DNA from: Chloroflexota bacterium
GTDB lineage: Bacteria; Chloroflexota; UBA11872; VXOZ01
Assembly: GCA_963663275.1 (NCBI GenBank)
Contig: OY760183.1
Span: forward strand, 2,752,001 to 2,816,000
Direction of reading: 5' to 3'
DNA length: 64,000 nucleotides
Notes under the pieces: model-generated
What the model was told of the DNA's origin: nothing
What the model saw: only the letters and a program-made list of their open reading frames with translations
Database searches by the model: none
Made by a program: the position numbers and the translations under genes
In this document: positions 1 through 9,832 of the stretch, piece by piece
How positions within the stretch are numbered: position 1 is the first letter of the stretch
Layout: every line of letters starts with the position of its first letter

Positions 1-2
1 CG

Positions 3-503
3 AACCTGCTCTGCCTCGGCAAGGGCATCTCGTCCACCGTGCCGGTTTCGGCGGTCGTGGGCGAAGAAGACATCATGAGCGTGTTGACACCGGGTTCCGT
101 TTCCAGCACCCACGGCGGCAACGCCTTTTCCAGCCGCGTGGCGCTGGAGAACATCAACGTGATTCTGGAGGAGAACCTCTCCGACAACGCGGCCCATATC
201 GGCGCGATGCTCGACCGGCGTTTCCGTGAGATGCAAGACAAGTATCCCGTCATCGGCGAGGTGCGAGGCCTCGGCCTGGTCTTCGGCATCGAGTTCGTCA
301 AAGACCCCGACACCCGCGAACCCGCGCCCGAACTGACGCAGGCCATCATCGACGAAGCCTTCAAGCGCGGCATCGTGATGATTGCGCCCATCGGCTTCCA
401 CGGCAACGTGATTCGCATCGCCCCGCCGCTGGTCATCACCGAGGAAGAGGCGCTGCTGGGGGCCGACCTCTTCGAAGAAGCAATCGCGGCCGCGGTCGGT
501 TAG
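3..503 (+). CDS. Class III PLP aminotransferase, C-terminal part (5' truncated by window edge)
   Basis: Frame is open from the window start; LGKG PLP-lysine region, STHGGN, GEVRGLGL and IRIAPPL motifs. Confidence 0.85.
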   Translation, partial: NLLCLGKGISSTVPVSAVVGEEDIMSVLTPGSVSSTHGGNAFSSRVALENINVILEENLSDNAAHIGAMLDRRFREMQDKYPVIGEVRGLGLVFGIEFVKDPDTREPAPELTQAIIDEAFKRGIVMIAPIGFHGNVIRIAPPLVITEEEALLGADLFEEAIAAAVG

Positions 504-738
504 ATCTGTGTCTCGTCTTGCGGGCGTGTAACCAGCGTCCTGATGTTTGCGCCATTACTTGACTCTTGCTGGTGTGAACTCCGGGCCAATATGAACACCG
601 TTCGTGGTGGGTGGGCTTCGCGGAGCCCTTGTCGATTCATGAAGGTAAGGGGTAGACTTCACGCAAACAACCACTCTGCTTGCGCGAAGTTTGGGAGACT
701 AGTGTCCTCTCTCAATAGGCTCGAAAGGGGCTAACCGC

Positions 739-1161
739 ATGTCCGACCTGTTCGTCACCGATCTGAACTACCTGGCAATCCTGGTAGCGGGCATCTCCAA
801 CATGGTGTTGGGGTTCTTGTGGTACGGGCCGCTCTTTGGCAAAGCCTGGATGGCATTGCGGGGCATAAACCCGGAGGAAACGAACCCAAACCCACTCATC
901 TACGTCGTTTCCTTCTTGCTCTCATTGCTCATGGCGCTCGTCCTCTCAGTCTTCATCCACCACGTAGATTCCAGCATTCAGGCCATGGGGCTTGTTCTCG
1001 GTCTCTTGGTCGCTCTTCTGATTTGGGTTGGCTTCGTTGGACCGGCGACGTTTCAGAACAACATGTACTCAGGCATTTCGAAGAAACTCTACGCCATCGA
1101 CTACGGTTACGTGCTCGTTGCCTTGCTGATTCAAGGCGCGATTGTTGGCGTGTGGCGCTAA
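739..1161 (+). CDS. DUF1761-like membrane protein
   Basis: GFLWYGPLFGKAW motif and about four hydrophobic helices. Confidence 0.75.
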   Translation: MSDLFVTDLNYLAILVAGISNMVLGFLWYGPLFGKAWMALRGINPEETNPNPLIYVVSFLLSLLMALVLSVFIHHVDSSIQAMGLVLGLLVALLIWVGFVGPATFQNNMYSGISKKLYAIDYGYVLVALLIQGAIVGVWR

Positions 1162-1300
1162 GGCGATAGCTGGCCTATTGCAGGTGCGCCCCATTATGCG
1201 CCTGGCGCAAACGAGAGACCATAGTGTGCAGCGCAATTCTGTTTCGGTCTTGCATCGCTCCGTTGCATGAAACTACCCACACTTTAGGAGTAGCAAGCAG

Positions 1301-2989
1301 ATGGCCAAGATGAGTGGGGGCGAAGCCCTTGTCAGGTCACTCGTTCGTGAGGGAGTCGAAGTAATCTTCGGAATCCCCGGTATACACATGTCCGGGATCA
1401 TCGCCGCCCTGCGAGACGAGCCGGCCATCCGCATGATCACCACGCGCCACGAAGCCGGCGCGGCCCACATGGCCGACGGCTATGCGCGCGCCTCAGGCAA
1501 ACCGGGCGTAGTTCTCGTGGTACCGGGAGCGGGCCTCTGCAATGCCGCCTCCGGCCTCGCCACGGCGTATGCCCGTTCCTCGCCGGTCCTTGCCATTGCC
1601 GGCCAGATTCCGCGCGGTCAGATGGGTAAGAACCTCGAGGTCTATCATGAAGTCGCAGATCAAGCCTCGGTCGTCCGTCCCGTCACCAAGTGGCAGCGGC
1701 AGGCGCTGACGCCGAGAGAAATCCCGGACGCCGTGTGCGAAGCGTTCAGGCAGATGCGTACCGGCCGTCCCCGCCCCGTGCTTCTCGATATACCTCCCGA
1801 GGCCGGCGTAGAGCGCGATGAAGTCACGTTGCGGCGTCCGGCGAAGTTTTCACGAATTGTGCCAAGCCAAGAAAACCTGCGGGAAGCCGCTCAGATCATT
1901 GCCCAATCTGAACTGCCTCTCATATTCGCGGGCGGCGGCGTGGCGCTCTCCGGCGCGGAAGAGGCCCTCATTGCACTGGTCGAGGCAACGAACATACCCG
2001 TAGTCACCTCCAGTGGCGGCAAGGGGGCCATTCCGGACCGCCATCCGCTGTGCTACGGCGCGTGTCTCAGCCCCGCCGGGGAGAGACCCGAAATGAATCA
2101 GCTCTTCGACGTCATGCAGTCTGCTGACGTAGTGATTGGCATTGGCGCGCGTTTTTCGCTGGGTAATCCGGCCGGTGAGGCGTCCACGTTGGTGAATATC
2201 AATATCGACGACTCCGAACTTACGAAAGTCCAATCCAACACTATTCCATTGCATGGCGATGCCAGAGCAACCGTTGAAGCGCTGCTCCCTTTCCTCATCG
2301 AAGCCGGTGCGGGGGATCGCTCGTCGCCCGCCGAAGCGGTCAGCGCGGCGCGCCGCCTCATCGCCTATCACGACATCAGACTCAAAGAACCGCAGTATCC
2401 CATTCTGGATACAATGCGCAACAGCATTCCGGAAGACACGTTCGTCGTTTGGGACAGCACGAAGTTTGGCTACTATGCCCGCACCCACTACCAGGTAAAC
2501 CATCCCAAGACGTTTATGGATTCCGGCTATTCATTCAACCTCGGTTTTTCCTTCCCGGCGGCGCTCGGCGTGAAAGTAGCCGAACCCGACCGTCCCGTGG
2601 TGAGCGTCATTGGAGACGGCGGCTTCATGTTCAACTCCCCTGAACTCTCCACTGCGGTCAGGTATGGAATCAACACGGCAACCATCGTCTTTCGAGACGA
2701 TTCTTACGGCAACGTTGCTTTCGACTTGGACGAGTTCTTCGACGGCACGTACGAGACCGGCTTGCACAATCCGGACCTCGTCACGTTCGCCGAGTCGTTC
2801 GGCGCACTCGGCATGAGGGCCCACGACCCTATGGAGCTCGAAACACTGCTGCCACAAGCTCTGGGTTGCCATGCTCCGGTAGTAATTGACGTACCGGTCG
2901 GCGACATGCCGTTGCCCCGCGCGAAGCTGCAAGCGCATCTCCCTTCTGTGCCCTGGGTCGTGCCCCAGGAAGGGTTGATACAGCCTTAG
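1301..2989 (+). CDS. Thiamine pyrophosphate-binding enzyme (acetolactate synthase large subunit-like)
   Basis: RHEAGAAHMADGYAR, GDGGFMF TPP motif, AGGAG RBS upstream. Confidence 0.9.
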   Translation: MAKMSGGEALVRSLVREGVEVIFGIPGIHMSGIIAALRDEPAIRMITTRHEAGAAHMADGYARASGKPGVVLVVPGAGLCNAASGLATAYARSSPVLAIAGQIPRGQMGKNLEVYHEVADQASVVRPVTKWQRQALTPREIPDAVCEAFRQMRTGRPRPVLLDIPPEAGVERDEVTLRRPAKFSRIVPSQENLREAAQIIAQSELPLIFAGGGVALSGAEEALIALVEATNIPVVTSSGGKGAIPDRHPLCYGACLSPAGERPEMNQLFDVMQSADVVIGIGARFSLGNPAGEASTLVNINIDDSELTKVQSNTIPLHGDARATVEALLPFLIEAGAGDRSSPAEAVSAARRLIAYHDIRLKEPQYPILDTMRNSIPEDTFVVWDSTKFGYYARTHYQVNHPKTFMDSGYSFNLGFSFPAALGVKVAEPDRPVVSVIGDGGFMFNSPELSTAVRYGINTATIVFRDDSYGNVAFDLDEFFDGTYETGLHNPDLVTFAESFGALGMRAHDPMELETLLPQALGCHAPVVIDVPVGDMPLPRAKLQAHLPSVPWVVPQEGLIQP

Positions 2990-3161
2990 AGCCTGTTTAC
3001 GATCTTTCTGTCTGCACGAGGAACGTTCGCCCTGAGCCGCGTCGAAGGGTGAACGGAACCACCGCAAGGTTGCATATAGCCGTTCATGCTTCGACAGGCT
3101 CAGCACGAACGGTCTTTATCGGCTTTGCTAACTCCCTCATAAGCAGATAGTAAACAGGTTC
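2989..3161. mobile_element. MITE with IS5-like terminal inverted repeats carrying a pair of REP-like hairpins
   Basis: Ends GAGCCTGTTTACGATCT and AGATAGTAAACAGGTTC; TTA on both flanks (2986-2988, 3162-3164). Confidence 0.7.
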
Positions 3162-3205
3162 TTAAGGGGTTGCCCAAAGACATTGCTTGAGCGCCCCTAC
3201 CTTGG

Positions 3206-3462
3206 GAGACCTTTGCAGAAGCCCTTCCCCATCGAGGGCTGACAGGGGTATGTACTCCACAACCGACTTCACGTGTCATTCCGAACGAAGCGTGGCGGAG
3301 TGAGGAATCTAAGGCTCAGCCCTGCAAAGTCAGCGTTTCTAGATTCCTCGCTGCGCTCGGAATGACATTTGAATGCCCTTGTCAGCCCATTGAGGGGGAA
3401 GGTTGGGATGGGGGTGAAAGGGCTTGCAATTTGGTTATCTTTAATTGCAAGTGCGGCTTGGG
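3206..3462. mobile_element. Truncated MITE with GAGACCTTTGCA end, interrupted by a nested MITE
   Basis: Same left end and CCCTTCCCC..GGGGAAGG hairpin as the copies at 39547 and 62734; right end is missing. Confidence 0.55.
3237..3387. mobile_element. ~150-bp MITE (GGCTGACAGGGG ends), copy 1
   Basis: Inverted ends; flanking duplication CATCGAG/CATTGAG; homologous to the reverse complement of 29857-30006. Confidence 0.75.
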
Positions 3463-3582
3463 CGCACTTTCTTGGCGCTGATGCGCAGGGCATCGGTTCA
3501 ACGGCTGGAGCCCGCTTCAATGCAGTGAGTTGCGCCAGCGGAGAGCCGGCGCGGCGCTCAGGCCCATGGTTAGCTGCCAGCG

Positions 3583-5142
3583 CTATTCGCGGAGGGCCTT
3601 CATTACCAGTGGAATCTCGTCGAGCAGGTCTGAAGCCAACAGCCCGCTTTCCCCTAGGCGAGACCGCACCTGTTCGCCGGCCTCCCCGTGAATGAAGGCG
3701 CTCGCCGCCGCCGCCGCGTAGGGCGCAACGCCCTGCGCCAGCAGGCCGGCGGTGATGCCCGCCAGCACGTCGCCGGTGCCGGCGGTCGCCAGCGCCGGAT
3801 TGCGGTGCGGGTTGATGGCGGTCGCGCCGTCGGGCGCCGCGACGATGCTCGGCGCGCCCTTGGCAAGCATGACCGCTCCCCACGCCGCCGCGCATTGCGG
3901 CGCGAGTTGCAGCCGGTGCGCGTCCACGTCCGCCGCCGTTTGCCGCAGCAGGCGGCCCAGTTCTCCGGCGTGAGGGGTGAGAATTGCGTCGGGCGGCAGC
4001 GCGGCTCTTAAGTCAAGCTCCGCAAGGGCATTGATGCCGTCGGCGTCGAGCGCCAGCGGCGGGGCGTCCGGCGCGTTGCGGAGTTCGTCCACAAGCCCGC
4101 GCACGCACGCGAACGTCTCCGGCGCGTTGCCCAGGCCGCAGCCCACTAGCAGAGCGCGGTACTGCGGCAGCGCATCCACAACCGGCTCCAGTGATGCCGG
4201 TGTAAGTTGGCCGTCCGCGTCGGGGAGCGGCAGGAAGGTGCATTCCGTCGCTTTGGCCGCCACCATGGGATGGATCGAGGCTGGCAGCGCCAGCGTGACC
4301 AGACCCGCGCCGGCACGCGCCGCAGCCGCCGCGCTCAGATAGGCCGCGCCGACGTAACGGCGCGAGCCGGCCACGATCAGCGCCCGGCCAAACGTGCCTT
4401 TGTGTGCATTTGCGGGACGAGCCGGCAGCAAGTCCCGCGCCAACGCGGGCGTGGTCCGCTGGAGCGGCAGAGACCCCGCCCACTCCGGCGGCAAGCCAAT
4501 GTCCGCGACGTGCACCGCACCGGCGCAATCCGCGCCCTCGCCCACAAAGCACCCGGGTTTGGCCAGGCCCGTGGCCAACGTGATGTGCGCCTGAAACGCC
4601 CGCGCGTCCGCCGCGCCGGTATCCGCGTCGATCCCGCTGGGAATGTCCACGGCTACCCGCAGCGCCTCTGGAGTCAGGTATTCTTGCAGCACGGTGAGCA
4701 CATCCAAAGCGTTGCCCCGCAGCGGCGGCGCGGCGCCGGTTCCCAGCAGCGCGTCCAGCACGCAGTCCGCCTCCGCCAGCCACTGCTTGAGATTTCGTGT
4801 GCTGTCGTCCTCGCCGTGGACTGCCACCGGAATGCCGACGGACCGTGCGCGCGCGAGATTGCGGTCGCCGCCGCGGTCGCGGGTGAGGTAGACGAACGGC
4901 TCAATACCGGCCCGCCGCAAGTGATAGGCGGCCACCAGGCCGTCGCCGCCGTTGTTGCCCGATCCGGCGAGAACGACCACGCGCTTGCCCGCGCAAAGCC
5001 GCCCCTCTTGCCGGAGCAGCGCGGCGACGTTGTAGCCGGCCAACTCCATGAGGGTAGGCTCATCCATGCCGATGGCAACGGCGTCGGCTTCCAACCGGCG
5101 CATGGCCGCGGTGTGGGCTAACTTCACTTCTGCGCTCCTCAA
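3583..5142 (-). CDS. nnr: Bifunctional NAD(P)H-hydrate epimerase/dehydratase (YjeF)
   Basis: GSGNNGGDG, DALLGTG, HKGTFG, LTPHAGE and AGTGDVLAG motifs. Confidence 0.93.
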   Translation of the reverse strand: MRSAEVKLAHTAAMRRLEADAVAIGMDEPTLMELAGYNVAALLRQEGRLCAGKRVVVLAGSGNNGGDGLVAAYHLRRAGIEPFVYLTRDRGGDRNLARARSVGIPVAVHGEDDSTRNLKQWLAEADCVLDALLGTGAAPPLRGNALDVLTVLQEYLTPEALRVAVDIPSGIDADTGAADARAFQAHITLATGLAKPGCFVGEGADCAGAVHVADIGLPPEWAGSLPLQRTTPALARDLLPARPANAHKGTFGRALIVAGSRRYVGAAYLSAAAAARAGAGLVTLALPASIHPMVAAKATECTFLPLPDADGQLTPASLEPVVDALPQYRALLVGCGLGNAPETFACVRGLVDELRNAPDAPPLALDADGINALAELDLRAALPPDAILTPHAGELGRLLRQTAADVDAHRLQLAPQCAAAWGAVMLAKGAPSIVAAPDGATAINPHRNPALATAGTGDVLAGITAGLLAQGVAPYAAAAASAFIHGEAGEQVRSRLGESGLLASDLLDEIPLVMKALRE

Positions 5143-5191
5143 CGCCTAGTCCGCAAGCGTCCTGTCCGGTTACAGATTATTTGCAATTTCA

Positions 5192-5252
5192 GGTAGCGCA
5201 GGTTTCCAACCTGCGCCCTCTGTCATCGGCGGGGGACAAGCCCCCGCGCTAC
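5192..5252. repeat. Inverted pair of GTAG-type REP hairpins
   Basis: GGTAGCGCAGG-N7-CCTGCG and GCGGGGGACAAGCCCCCGCGCTAC. Confidence 0.75.
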
Positions 5253-5300
5253 GGGAATTGACTTTCATGTGGCAAAGGGTCGTCAACCGGATTCTGGCGC

Positions 5301-6200
5301 TCAGGTCGCCACGACAACCGCCGTGGCGAAGTCGCGGCTATGGCTCAGACTGATGGCAAAGTGCCGCAAGTTGAGCGCCCGCGCCCGCGCCGCCGCCGCG
5401 CCGTGCAAGTAGACCAGCGGTTTGCCGCGCATATCCGGCAGAATTTCCATCTCCCGCCAGCGGATGCCCCAGATGCCGGTGCCCAGGGCTTTCGACACCG
5501 CCTCTTTTGCCGCGAAGCGCGCCGCCAACTCCGGGACTCGTCCCCGGTAGAGCGTCCGCTCCGCCTCCGTATAGACCCGGTGGAGAAAGCGCTCGCCGTA
5601 GCGTTCGACCACCCGGGCAATCCGCTCAATCTCGATTATGTCAACACCTGTGCTCGGCCCGCCCGCAGCCGGCAGCAGGCTCGATTCCCCCGCTCCGGCA
5701 GGCGCCGGGCGAATCAACCCCTTGCCTGCGGTCGTATGCGCCGCAATCTCCTCCGCAATCGCCTCGGCGTCATCCCGGCGAGACTCCAGAATCAAGGCGC
5801 GCCGCAGGATGCCCTGCGACCGATCGGGTCTGCGCAAGAGAAAGAGATAGAGCGGGGTCGTCAGTAGCTCGAACGCAACCAGCAGCGCGGACACGTCTTC
5901 CGGCCGGGGCAGGAGAACGACACTCGTGCCGCCGCCGGCGGCAATCCGCTGGGCGCTGGCCGCCAGAGTCCCCGCCAGCCACGGCGCGCGCGGCGAGGTC
6001 AATGCCGCCGGGTCGCTGCCCGCGTCCTGAGCGCCGCCGCCGTTCGACGCACCGACCGGGGCAAAGTAGTCAGCCCGCAACACCGCCGCGCGCGGAAAAC
6101 TCGAGGCCAGCGCGCGGCCAAAGCGCGCGCCCGCGGCGGCGTCCGGCACGAGGCCCCCGTCTGTGACAAACTCGGAGTCGCCGGCCAAGACGATGATCAT
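5301..6200 (-). CDS. acpS: Holo-ACP synthase with ~180-aa N-terminal extension
   Basis: GVDIIEIERI, ARFAAKEAVSKALGTG and SLSHS motifs in the last ~120 aa; start overlaps upstream stop (ATGA). Confidence 0.85.
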   Translation of the reverse strand: MIIVLAGDSEFVTDGGLVPDAAAGARFGRALASSFPRAAVLRADYFAPVGASNGGGAQDAGSDPAALTSPRAPWLAGTLAASAQRIAAGGGTSVVLLPRPEDVSALLVAFELLTTPLYLFLLRRPDRSQGILRRALILESRRDDAEAIAEEIAAHTTAGKGLIRPAPAGAGESSLLPAAGGPSTGVDIIEIERIARVVERYGERFLHRVYTEAERTLYRGRVPELAARFAAKEAVSKALGTGIWGIRWREMEILPDMRGKPLVYLHGAAAARARALNLRHFAISLSHSRDFATAVVVAT

Positions 6201-7480
6201 TCGCCCACCAGGCTTATCTTCTGAATCGCACCCTCAAACGACCAACCGGCGGCCGCGACCTCGATGGTGTGTATGAACGTCGGCCGCGGCGTCAGTTGCA
6301 GTAGATCGATCTCGTACACATACCAGGCGTCTTGCGGCGCCAGTGTCGCGTGCTTCGTCGAGTAGCGCTCGTCCGTGGGCGCGTCGTAGTAGAAGCCGTG
6401 GTACCAGAGCGTTTCGCCGCCGGTAATGTCCCGGAAGCTGACGCGCACCATGATGGGATACTCGGACCCGGCCGTGCCGCCGCCGGGCAGGCTCTGGTAG
6501 ACCGCCTTTACCCGCACCGCCAGGATCAACTCCTCGAAATCCCACACGTCGCGGTTGATGTGCTGCACCAGCACGGTCTCGCCGGGGCCTTCTCCCGCGC
6601 GCGTGAGAAAGACGCCGTCCGGATGCGGCGTGACGATGCCCTTGGGCTGGCGCTCGGACCGATCTTCCTTCCGCCAGATGTCGTTCCAATCCGGCGCCAG
6701 CGCGGTAAAGTCTCCCATCTCGATTAAGTCCTGCGCGGCCGGCAGCGGCGCCGCCGGCAAGCGGCCGTCTTTGGTCGTCACCCGTTCCCGCTTGGAAAGC
6801 GCGACGACCCTCTCGCCATCGGTCACTTCCGCGTTGCCCAAGCGCGCGACCAGCGAACCGCGAAACTCCGCTTCCGTTTCGCTCCCTCGTTCGCGAGAGG
6901 CGGCGTTGACCTCAACGGCAAAGCTGCCCTCTTGCAGCGCGGCGGCAAACGCCGGTGTGCGCACGCGGAACACGCGCTTTTCAGGTGAAACGACCGGCGC
7001 GACGCCGATGCGGGTCTTGCCCCTGCTCTGCTCCAGCGTAATCTGCATCGTTTCCGGCCGGTAGCGCACAAAGTTCGACGCCACCAGCGTCAGTTCGGTA
7101 TCCGGATACATCAAGACGGTGCTGTCATCCGGCAGCGTGAGAAACGCGCGGGAGGACTCGTGTGTGCTGATGCTGTCCCCGGGATTGAGTTGCGTCGTCC
7201 CGGCGCGCACGACCCAATTGGGAGAACCGGCCGCGAGCACGTAGACCTGGCCGCTAATCACGAGCACCGGCGCCGGGGCGTCCTGCCGCACGCGCTCGAT
7301 CGCCCAGGTAACGGTGCGCGGAATCGCTACCACCAGGAGCATGAAGAGAACGAACCCCGCGACCAGCGTGGCCCACGCCAACCGCTGCAAGCCGCGGTAT
7401 TGCTGATGCGCGGCCTGCGACGACGCCAGCCCATTTTGGCTGCCGGTCTCAGTCACGTGTGCGGCGTCGTGTCGCTCCAT
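6197..7480 (-). CDS. Membrane-anchored FecR-like domain protein
   Basis: N-terminal TM helix, then LNPGDSIST..LTLPDDS..TELTL FecR-like beta region. Confidence 0.6.
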   Translation of the reverse strand: MERHDAAHVTETGSQNGLASSQAAHQQYRGLQRLAWATLVAGFVLFMLLVVAIPRTVTWAIERVRQDAPAPVLVISGQVYVLAAGSPNWVVRAGTTQLNPGDSISTHESSRAFLTLPDDSTVLMYPDTELTLVASNFVRYRPETMQITLEQSRGKTRIGVAPVVSPEKRVFRVRTPAFAAALQEGSFAVEVNAASRERGSETEAEFRGSLVARLGNAEVTDGERVVALSKRERVTTKDGRLPAAPLPAAQDLIEMGDFTALAPDWNDIWRKEDRSERQPKGIVTPHPDGVFLTRAGEGPGETVLVQHINRDVWDFEELILAVRVKAVYQSLPGGGTAGSEYPIMVRVSFRDITGGETLWYHGFYYDAPTDERYSTKHATLAPQDAWYVYEIDLLQLTPRPTFIHTIEVAAAGWSFEGAIQKISLVGE

Positions 7481-7481
7481 G

Positions 7482-7784
7482 CTATTGCCGGATCTGAAAC
7501 TCGCTGAGAGAACCGGACGCGGGCTCCCAGGTTGCCTCTACGGACGCCACGCGGCTGAGGAGCGGCCTGCTTTCAAGCCGCAGCAGCAGCGTTTGCAACG
7601 CGCTTTCCGGCCCTTCGGCGAGAATCTCCACACTGCCGTCACAATCCACGTTGCGCGCGTATCCCACCAGCCCCAGGCTCACGGCGGCCCGCGCCGCGAA
7701 CTGGCGATAGCCAACGCCCTGCACGTGTCCGTACACGCGGGCCCGCAGCCGCCGGTCGGACGCCGCGCTCATGCTCGCCTCCAC
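7482..7784 (-). CDS. acyP: Acylphosphatase
   Basis: GHVQGVGYR and GYARN motifs. Confidence 0.92.
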   Translation of the reverse strand: MEASMSAASDRRLRARVYGHVQGVGYRQFAARAAVSLGLVGYARNVDCDGSVEILAEGPESALQTLLLRLESRPLLSRVASVEATWEPASGSLSEFQIRQ

Positions 7785-7796
7785 TTCAGAAGCCTA

Positions 7797-8783
7797 TCAG
7801 CCCCGGGCGTTGTCCAAGCCGAGTTCCTGGCGGACTTCGTCTACGGCTTCCACGATTACGGCAAGTTTGGCCTGCGCCTCGTCCACCGTGCGGGTCTTCA
7901 GGCCGCAATCCGGATCGATGTAGAGCCGGTCGGCGGGCACGACTTCCAGCCCCTTGTAGATGCCGGCCTTTACCTGAGCCTTGTCCTCGATGACGTGGCT
8001 GTGCACGTCCACCACGCCCATCGCCAGTTTCTTCGTAAACGGCGCCCGCTCCTTGAAGAGGTCGAGCAGGTCGAAATCGCTATTCGCCATCTCCAGGTCG
8101 ATCACGTCCACCGGAATGTCGAGCAGTTTGGGGTAGATCGCGTCGAAGTCGCCGTAGCAGATGTGCGTGCCGGTGGTTGCCGTCAGGCCGTCAACCACCA
8201 CTCCCATGGCTTCGATCGCCAGCGGCAGGTCTTCGGGGCGGGTGGAAACTGCCGGTTCGTCGATCTGGATGAACTGCGCCCCGGCTTCCTCCAATGCGAC
8301 CACCTCTTCGTGCAACACTTCGGCCATGGCCAGCACGAATTCCTCTTGGGTATCGTAGTAGTTGTTGTACGACCACTCGGCCATGGTGTACGGGCCGGTG
8401 ATCATGCCCTTCACGGGCTTATCCGTCAGGCTTTGGGCGTACTGCCACCAATCGAGCGTGAACGGTGTGACCCGCTTCAGCGGCCCCACGGCGATCGGCT
8501 TGCGGTAGTAGCGGTTGCCGTACGAGCGCACGAGCCCGCTGATCTCCATGCCCTCCATCATTTCGGCGAAGTACGTCGCCATGTCGCCCCGGTACATCTC
8601 GGCATCAACGGCGATGTCCAGTCCCAGTTCGTTCTGGTACTCCATCCAGAATTGCGTATAAGCGCGCTCCAGCGCCGTCAACTCTTCCTGCGGCAGCTTG
8701 CCCCGCGCGAAACTGGTGCGCGCCTTGGCGAGCGCCGGCGGCTTGGGCAAACTCCCAACCTGCGTTGTCCATAGACCTTCCAT
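7797..8783 (-). CDS. metE: Cobalamin-independent methionine synthase, catalytic Zn-binding half
   Basis: VGSLPKP, IQIDEPA; Zn ligands in THICYG, DLE and PDCGLKT. Confidence 0.88.
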   Translation of the reverse strand: MEGLWTTQVGSLPKPPALAKARTSFARGKLPQEELTALERAYTQFWMEYQNELGLDIAVDAEMYRGDMATYFAEMMEGMEISGLVRSYGNRYYRKPIAVGPLKRVTPFTLDWWQYAQSLTDKPVKGMITGPYTMAEWSYNNYYDTQEEFVLAMAEVLHEEVVALEEAGAQFIQIDEPAVSTRPEDLPLAIEAMGVVVDGLTATTGTHICYGDFDAIYPKLLDIPVDVIDLEMANSDFDLLDLFKERAPFTKKLAMGVVDVHSHVIEDKAQVKAGIYKGLEVVPADRLYIDPDCGLKTRTVDEAQAKLAVIVEAVDEVRQELGLDNARG

Positions 8784-8785
8784 CG

Positions 8786-9763
8786 TTATGCGACAGCCTC
8801 CTGAGCTTTCTCGACGGCTCGAACCATATTCTCCAACTTGGCGTACGCCGTTTCGCGGGGCAGGAACTCCAATCCGGTGTTCGGGCTGACGGCTAAACGG
8901 TCTTTCGCCACGTATTGCGCCGCCCAGCTAACGGTCTCTACCACTGCTGCGTCCGTTTCCATGCGCACGTTGCGCGCGTCGATGATGCCGAGCGTGAGGT
9001 CTCTCTCGTCCGGGAATTCGGAAATGAGCGACTCATTCCCCTTGCCGTGCACCATGTCCAGGCCGAAGCCCTGGAACGGCAGCGCGAAGAAATCCGGCAA
9101 GCCCACGGCGTCGCCAAAGTCCGTGCGCAGCAGCGCCGCGGCGTCCACGCCGTCCACGAGCACGTCCATCGCCTCGCGGAAGAGGTGCCAGTCGTCCTTG
9201 TAGCGATGCCAGACGATGGCCGGTTCGTCCACCTGTATCAACGGGGGAGCGGTCGCCGCCAGCGCCTTCATCTCGTGGTTGAGCGCCCGCGCCGTGTCCA
9301 AGACCAGCGACTTCAGGTCCGTGTAGACGCCCGGCAGAGAGAGTTTCGCAATCGTATAGGGGCCGGTGACCACCGGCTTTACCGGGCGGGCGGCGTTTTC
9401 GCGGGCAAATTCGTAGTCGCGGACGAGGATTGGCGCCTGCCACTCGACTTGTCCGGTCGCCTCCGGCTGGCGGTAGAAGGTGTTGGTGTCGAAATAGCGA
9501 ATGAGACCGCCAATCTCGTAGCCGTGCAGGCTGCCGGCGATGTACGTCACCGGATCCTGCCAGCGGATTTGTCCGTCCGTGATTACGTCAACTCCGGCGC
9601 GCTCCTGCTCGCCAATCACCTCGAGGGTAACGTCGTCCGCCGCCGCCGCGAGTTCTTCCGCCGAAATGCGCCCTCTATCAAACGAGGATATGGCGCGGCG
9701 CAACGTCTGGCCGCCGGGCCTGTTGGCGATTTTCGGATAATTCCCTGGAACCGTACTGATCAT
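8786..9763 (-). CDS. MetE N-terminal-like half (split MetE partner, no Zn ligands)
   Basis: GNYPKI, ITDGQ, RYFDTNTFYRQP and GIIDARN motifs; start set at ATG 9763 behind CAGGAG. Confidence 0.8.
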   Translation of the reverse strand: MISTVPGNYPKIANRPGGQTLRRAISSFDRGRISAEELAAAADDVTLEVIGEQERAGVDVITDGQIRWQDPVTYIAGSLHGYEIGGLIRYFDTNTFYRQPEATGQVEWQAPILVRDYEFARENAARPVKPVVTGPYTIAKLSLPGVYTDLKSLVLDTARALNHEMKALAATAPPLIQVDEPAIVWHRYKDDWHLFREAMDVLVDGVDAAALLRTDFGDAVGLPDFFALPFQGFGLDMVHGKGNESLISEFPDERDLTLGIIDARNVRMETDAAVVETVSWAAQYVAKDRLAVSPNTGLEFLPRETAYAKLENMVRAVEKAQEAVA

Positions 9764-9803
9764 CAACCGCTCCTGTACTGAGAGACTGCAATGCACTAGC
9801 TCT

Positions 9804-9832
9804 ATGGTATGGCACACCGTGCCAAATTTCAA
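9804..9832 (-). promoter_or_regulatory. Sigma70-like promoter of the metE cluster with a palindrome in the spacer
   Basis: Minus strand TTGAAA-17 nt-TACCAT; spacer contains TGGCAC-N3-GTGCCA. Confidence 0.55.

Noticed and set aside
504-738. Small hairpins and a 63-aa ORF before the DUF1761 gene
   Set aside because: No recognisable RNA family, RBS or codon bias
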